Shown piece after piece: positions 60,965 to 64,000 of a stretch of 64,000 nt of DNA. The first letter of the stretch is position 1. Every line of letters begins with the position of its first letter. The stretch covers positions 11,738 through 75,737 of the forward strand of contig CAYRQF010000005.1 in assembly GCA_964426385.1 (NCBI GenBank), read 5' to 3'. The translations under genes were made by a program, and so were the position numbers. A model generated the notes under the pieces. It saw only the letters and a program-made list of their open reading frames with translations, was not told where the DNA came from and ran no database searches. Origin of the DNA: an uncultured Candidatus Saccharibacteria bacterium (GTDB taxonomy: Bacteria > Patescibacteriota > Minisyncoccia > Phycocordibacterales > CSBR16-119).

Positions 60965-60994
60965 AAATCCCTAACAAATTGCTAGGGATTTTTC
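60965..60994. terminator. Bidirectional hairpin (aaaaatccctaac-aaat-tgctagggattttt) between the fragment and tRNA-Thr
   Basis: Near-perfect 10-bp stem flanked by an A-run and a T-run. Confidence 0.5.
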
Positions 60995-61000
60995 TTTTAT

Positions 61001-61074
61001 TGAGCCGGGGAGAGGACTCGAACCTCCAACCTACTGTTTACAAAACAGTTGCTCTACCATTGAGCTACACCGGC
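61001..61074 (-). tRNA. tRNA-Thr (anticodon TGT)
   Basis: Reverse complement reads GCCGGTGTAGCTCAATGGTAGAGCAACTGTTTTGTAAACAGTAGGTTGGAGGTTCGAGTCCTCTCCCCGGCTCA. Anticodon loop TTTGTAA. Confidence 0.8.
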
Positions 61075-61092
61075 ATAAATCAAATTTTCAAA

Positions 61093-61590
61093 CTAAGTCG
61101 GCAATTTCGTCTCATCAATTGTATTTATATCAGCGCGGTTGTCAACGAGTGGCTTCGGTCCCTGCATCGTGCGGGGGCGGGGGAGCTCCTCCTCGGCCTT
61201 GCGCTTCAACTTCTTGATCTCATTTTTGTAAGTCTTGATCGTGGTGAGGAAAACCGATTGTGGCACCCCCTCTCCGTCCTGCGATCTAGCTTTCTCACGC
61301 TTGATGATCTGTCTCTCGACATGGTTCACACCTTTATGGAATATAGACGAGATAAAGTGGGTGAGCCTAGCCCAGAGCTTCGTCAGCACGATGGCTGTCG
61401 TGTGGATGAATATGAGCCATAGCGTCGCGAGCTTCTTGTTCAGCGTGACAAAGTTCTCATAGGACAAATCTTTGGATGAGAAATCCTTATCGAGTTCGCC
61501 ACTAGCGCTCAGTTTAGAGTACTGCTTCACCATCATCACGATGATGGCTATGAGCGTAGCGGCGAAAATGATAATGGATATGTGAATCAT
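61093..61590 (-). CDS. Membrane protein (165 aa), hypothetical
   Basis: N-terminal TM helix plus a second helix, charged C-terminus. Downstream of tsf in the same orientation. Confidence 0.5.
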   Translation of the reverse strand: MIHISIIIFAATLIAIIVMMVKQYSKLSASGELDKDFSSKDLSYENFVTLNKKLATLWLIFIHTTAIVLTKLWARLTHFISSIFHKGVNHVERQIIKREKARSQDGEGVPQSVFLTTIKTYKNEIKKLKRKAEEELPRPRTMQGPKPLVDNRADINTIDETKLPT

Positions 61591-61591
61591 T

Positions 61592-62368
61592 TTATATCTG
61601 TTCTATCTGAAACGACACTATCTCGTTGTTAGCTTCTTTGAGGAGCTGTGTTATCGACTTGTTCGGGTCCTTGATGAATGACTGGTTTAGGAGGATCTGC
61701 TCCTTGAAGTATGCATTTATCTTGCCTTCGAGGATTTTCGCCTTCATTTCCTCAGGTTTGTCAGCAGCCTGTTCGGCTACTTCCTTGCCGAGGATATCCT
61801 TGGCGTTATTTCTATCTGTCTCTGGGATGTCTGACTCGGATAGATACGTTGGGCGCATGGCTGTCGCATGCATGGCGAGATCTTTGGCGAGCTCGGCATT
61901 CTTCTCTTTGAGTACGACGACAGATGCGAACATACCGTTGTGGTTATAGACACCAGCTTTGTCGGAGTCGACAATGATGATGTTTCCGATTTTGATATTC
62001 TCGCCGACTTTCTGGACTAGGCTGTTAGTCATCTCGGCAGAAGCAGATTCGACGGCATCTTTGCCTTCGTTTAGTGCTTTATCTGCGAGAGACTTGGCGG
62101 CTTCGACGAAGTCAGAGTTTTTCGCCACGAAGTCAGTTTCGCAGAGTAGGGCGAGTATGACGGCGCGATTATCATTCTGAGCTGTGACGATAGTTCCGGC
62201 ACCGAGAGTACGGTCGAGCTTCTTGGCCGCGACGTCACCAGACTTCTTCTTGAGAATTACTCGAGCTTTCTCCATATCGCCTCCGGCTTCTTCGAGAGCT
62301 TTTTTGCACTGCATCACAGAGATGCCAGTTTCTTCGCGGAGGGCTTTTAATTGTTCAGTAGTGATCAT
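61592..62368 (-). CDS. tsf: Elongation factor Ts
   Basis: MITTEQLKALREETGISVMQCKKALEEAGGDMEKA… UBA-like N-terminus and dimerisation core. Confidence 0.9.
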   Translation of the reverse strand: MITTEQLKALREETGISVMQCKKALEEAGGDMEKARVILKKKSGDVAAKKLDRTLGAGTIVTAQNDNRAVILALLCETDFVAKNSDFVEAAKSLADKALNEGKDAVESASAEMTNSLVQKVGENIKIGNIIIVDSDKAGVYNHNGMFASVVVLKEKNAELAKDLAMHATAMRPTYLSESDIPETDRNNAKDILGKEVAEQAADKPEEMKAKILEGKINAYFKEQILLNQSFIKDPNKSITQLLKEANNEIVSFQIEQI

Positions 62369-62432
62369 AGTTGAATGTGCTTATTTATAAATCAAATTGA
62401 CGCTTTCTATTATATCAAAGCGCTGGGGTCGA

Positions 62433-63116
62433 TTATGCCTTGTATGCTTCGACGATTTTATCTACGAAGAATTTCACACTAGTTCGGGAGGCGTCGTTGG
62501 CGACTATAGGGTAGTCGATGCCTGCTAGGTCGTTGTCAGTGTTCGAGAGACTGATAACAGGGATGCGAGTCATGTTCGCTTCTGTGAGGGCGATCTTTTC
62601 CTTGCGAGTGTCGATGATGAATAGTGCATCAGGTTTCTTCGTCATACCGACGAGTCCGCCGAAAGATTTCGTCATCTTCTCGATCTGGCGAGCGAAGTCT
62701 GACTGCTCCTTCTTCGTGTACTTATCGAGGAGGTTTTTCTCTTTCTTGTTCTTCAGATCGATGAGAACGTCTATTCGTTTCTTGATCTGAGTGAAGTTCG
62801 TCAGAGTTCCACCGATCCAGCGGTTCTCAACGTAAGGCATGCCGAGACTTGTCGCAGCAGCTTCCATGATACGCTTCGACTCAGGCTTCGAACTCATGAA
62901 AAGGATTGTTTTCTTCTCGAGAGCGAGAGTTTTGACGAAAGCGACTGCTTTCTCAAGCATTTCTTCTGTTTTTGTAATATCGATGATATCGGCATTATTT
63001 TTAGTGCCGAAAACGTAACTTTTAGCTGAAGGGTGGCGCTTCGTCTTGGAGTATCCAAAATGCGCACCGGCAGCCAACATCTCTTTGACTATATTGCTTT
63101 CCATATATATCTGCAC
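62433..63116 (-). CDS. rpsB: 30S ribosomal protein S2
   Basis: …LAAGAHFGYSKTKRHPSAKSYVFG…; 227 aa. The start may be the second Met at 63104. Confidence 0.9.
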   Translation of the reverse strand: MQIYMESNIVKEMLAAGAHFGYSKTKRHPSAKSYVFGTKNNADIIDITKTEEMLEKAVAFVKTLALEKKTILFMSSKPESKRIMEAAATSLGMPYVENRWIGGTLTNFTQIKKRIDVLIDLKNKKEKNLLDKYTKKEQSDFARQIEKMTKSFGGLVGMTKKPDALFIIDTRKEKIALTEANMTRIPVISLSNTDNDLAGIDYPIVANDASRTSVKFFVDKIVEAYKA

Positions 63117-63263
63117 AGAAGCTGGGTTATTTAATAGCTTCCGTTTGACCCGCGGTGACTGCCGTGGGCACCCCGGGCTGCCCGTATAGGGGGAAGCGAG
63201 GAGTTAGTAACAGATGTCGATATATTACATGAAAATAGGCATTAGTCAACGGGTTTATGGGGT

Positions 63264-63292
63264 TTGCTGTAGGGTGTAAATTGAAGTATTAT
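63264..63292 (+). promoter_or_regulatory. Sigma70-like promoter for proS (TTGCTG-17-TATTAT), with a near-leaderless ATG at 63300
   Basis: -35 at 63264-63269; -10 at 63287-63292. Confidence 0.4.
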
Positions 63293-63299
63293 AAGGCCC

Positions 63300-64000
63300 A
63301 TGAGACAAACAAAACTCTTTACCAAGACTCGCAAGGAGGCTCCTGCGGATGAGGCGTCAAGGAACGCTGAACTCCTTATTCGAGGTGGATTCGTCCACAA
63401 AGAAATGGCCGGCGTCTATGCCTATTTACCACTCGGCCTTCGCGTCATGAACAAGATTTCTAACATCATCCGTGATGAGATGAACAAGCTCGGAGCACTC
63501 GAGATGAAGCTGACGGTTCTCCAAGACCCTGAGGTCTGGAAGAAAACTGACCGTTGGAGCGACGACGTTGTCGATAACTGGTTCAAGACGAAACTCAAAA
63601 ATGATACAGAGCTCGGACTCGGATTCACTCACGAAGAGCCGCTGACTGATGTGTTAAAAAATCACATCTCTTCGTACAAAGATTTGCCGGTCGCGGCGTA
63701 TCAGATACAGGCAAAGTTTCGTAACGAACTCCGCGCCAAATCCGGCGTCATGCGCGGACGAGAATTCCTGATGAAAGATATGTATTCGTTCTCGAAGAAT
63801 GAGGCGGAGCATCTAGAGTTCTATGAGAAAGTTAAGAAGGCCTACAAAAACGTTTTCGATCGTGTCGGACTCGGACACCTCACATATCTCACTTTCGCAT
63901 CAGGAGGAACCTTTTCCAAATTCTCACACGAGTTCCAGACTATTACTGCAGCTGGCGAAGATCTCATCTATGTGAACGAAGAAAAAAGCATTGCCGTCAA
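63300..64000 (+). CDS. proS: Proline--tRNA ligase, 5' part (runs off the window end)
   Basis: MRQTKLFTKTRKEAPADEASRNAELLIRGGF…YAYLPLGLRV…SYKDLPVAAYQIQAKFRNELRAKSGVMRGREFLMKDMYSF. Not in the ORF track because there is no stop before the window end. Confidence 0.85.
   Translation, partial: MRQTKLFTKTRKEAPADEASRNAELLIRGGFVHKEMAGVYAYLPLGLRVMNKISNIIRDEMNKLGALEMKLTVLQDPEVWKKTDRWSDDVVDNWFKTKLKNDTELGLGFTHEEPLTDVLKNHISSYKDLPVAAYQIQAKFRNELRAKSGVMRGREFLMKDMYSFSKNEAEHLEFYEKVKKAYKNVFDRVGLGHLTYLTFASGGTFSKFSHEFQTITAAGEDLIYVNEEKSIAV

Overview
This 64-kb window is a densely packed, mostly plus-strand bacterial chromosomal segment. I infer, without being able to prove it from sequence alone, that it comes from a small-genome lineage such as CPR/Patescibacteria. 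The grounds are short core proteins (rpoB 1055 aa, rpoC 1211 aa, SMC 742 aa), a monomeric mitochondrial-type PheRS, and many large secreted surface proteins.

Clearly recognisable housekeeping genes are mscL, Fe/Mn superoxide dismutase, msrB, an M3 oligopeptidase, a UvrD-like helicase fused to a Cas4/RecB-like Fe-S nuclease, trhO, PheRS, gyrB, rpmF, a NusB-Nudix fusion, rnc, SMC, RNase R, rpsP, a KH protein, a Nudix hydrolase, trmD, rpoB, rpoC, dnaG, rpoD, a processive GT2 glycosyltransferase, two guanylate-kinase-like proteins, tsf, rpsB and the start of proS. There are three tRNA genes: two tandem tRNA-Ser and one tRNA-Thr, all on the minus strand.

The accessory content is dominated by secreted or anchored surface proteins:
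- Tandem paralogs with PD40-like propeller repeats and a peptidoglycan-binding domain.
- NHL-repeat proteins, including a 1378-aa giant with Cys-bounded repeats and a multi-TM C-terminus.
- Two proteins whose C-termini resemble T9SS Por-secretion tails.

The structures most worth a second look are:
- A duplicated ~135-nt terminator/antiterminator-like leader in front of two unrelated small ORFs.
- A two-copy 68-bp stem-loop element whose inner hairpins vary in a compensatory way.
- tRNA end-fragment duplications at both tRNA loci.
- A PaaX-like gene flanked by 33-bp direct repeats that sit in two promoter regions.
- An SF2 helicase carrying seven tandem ~62-aa repeats encoded by near-identical ~186-bp DNA repeats.
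- A small insertion-like segment with a 20-bp perfect inverted repeat between trmD and rpoB.

No CRISPR array, rRNA gene or obvious transposase was found.
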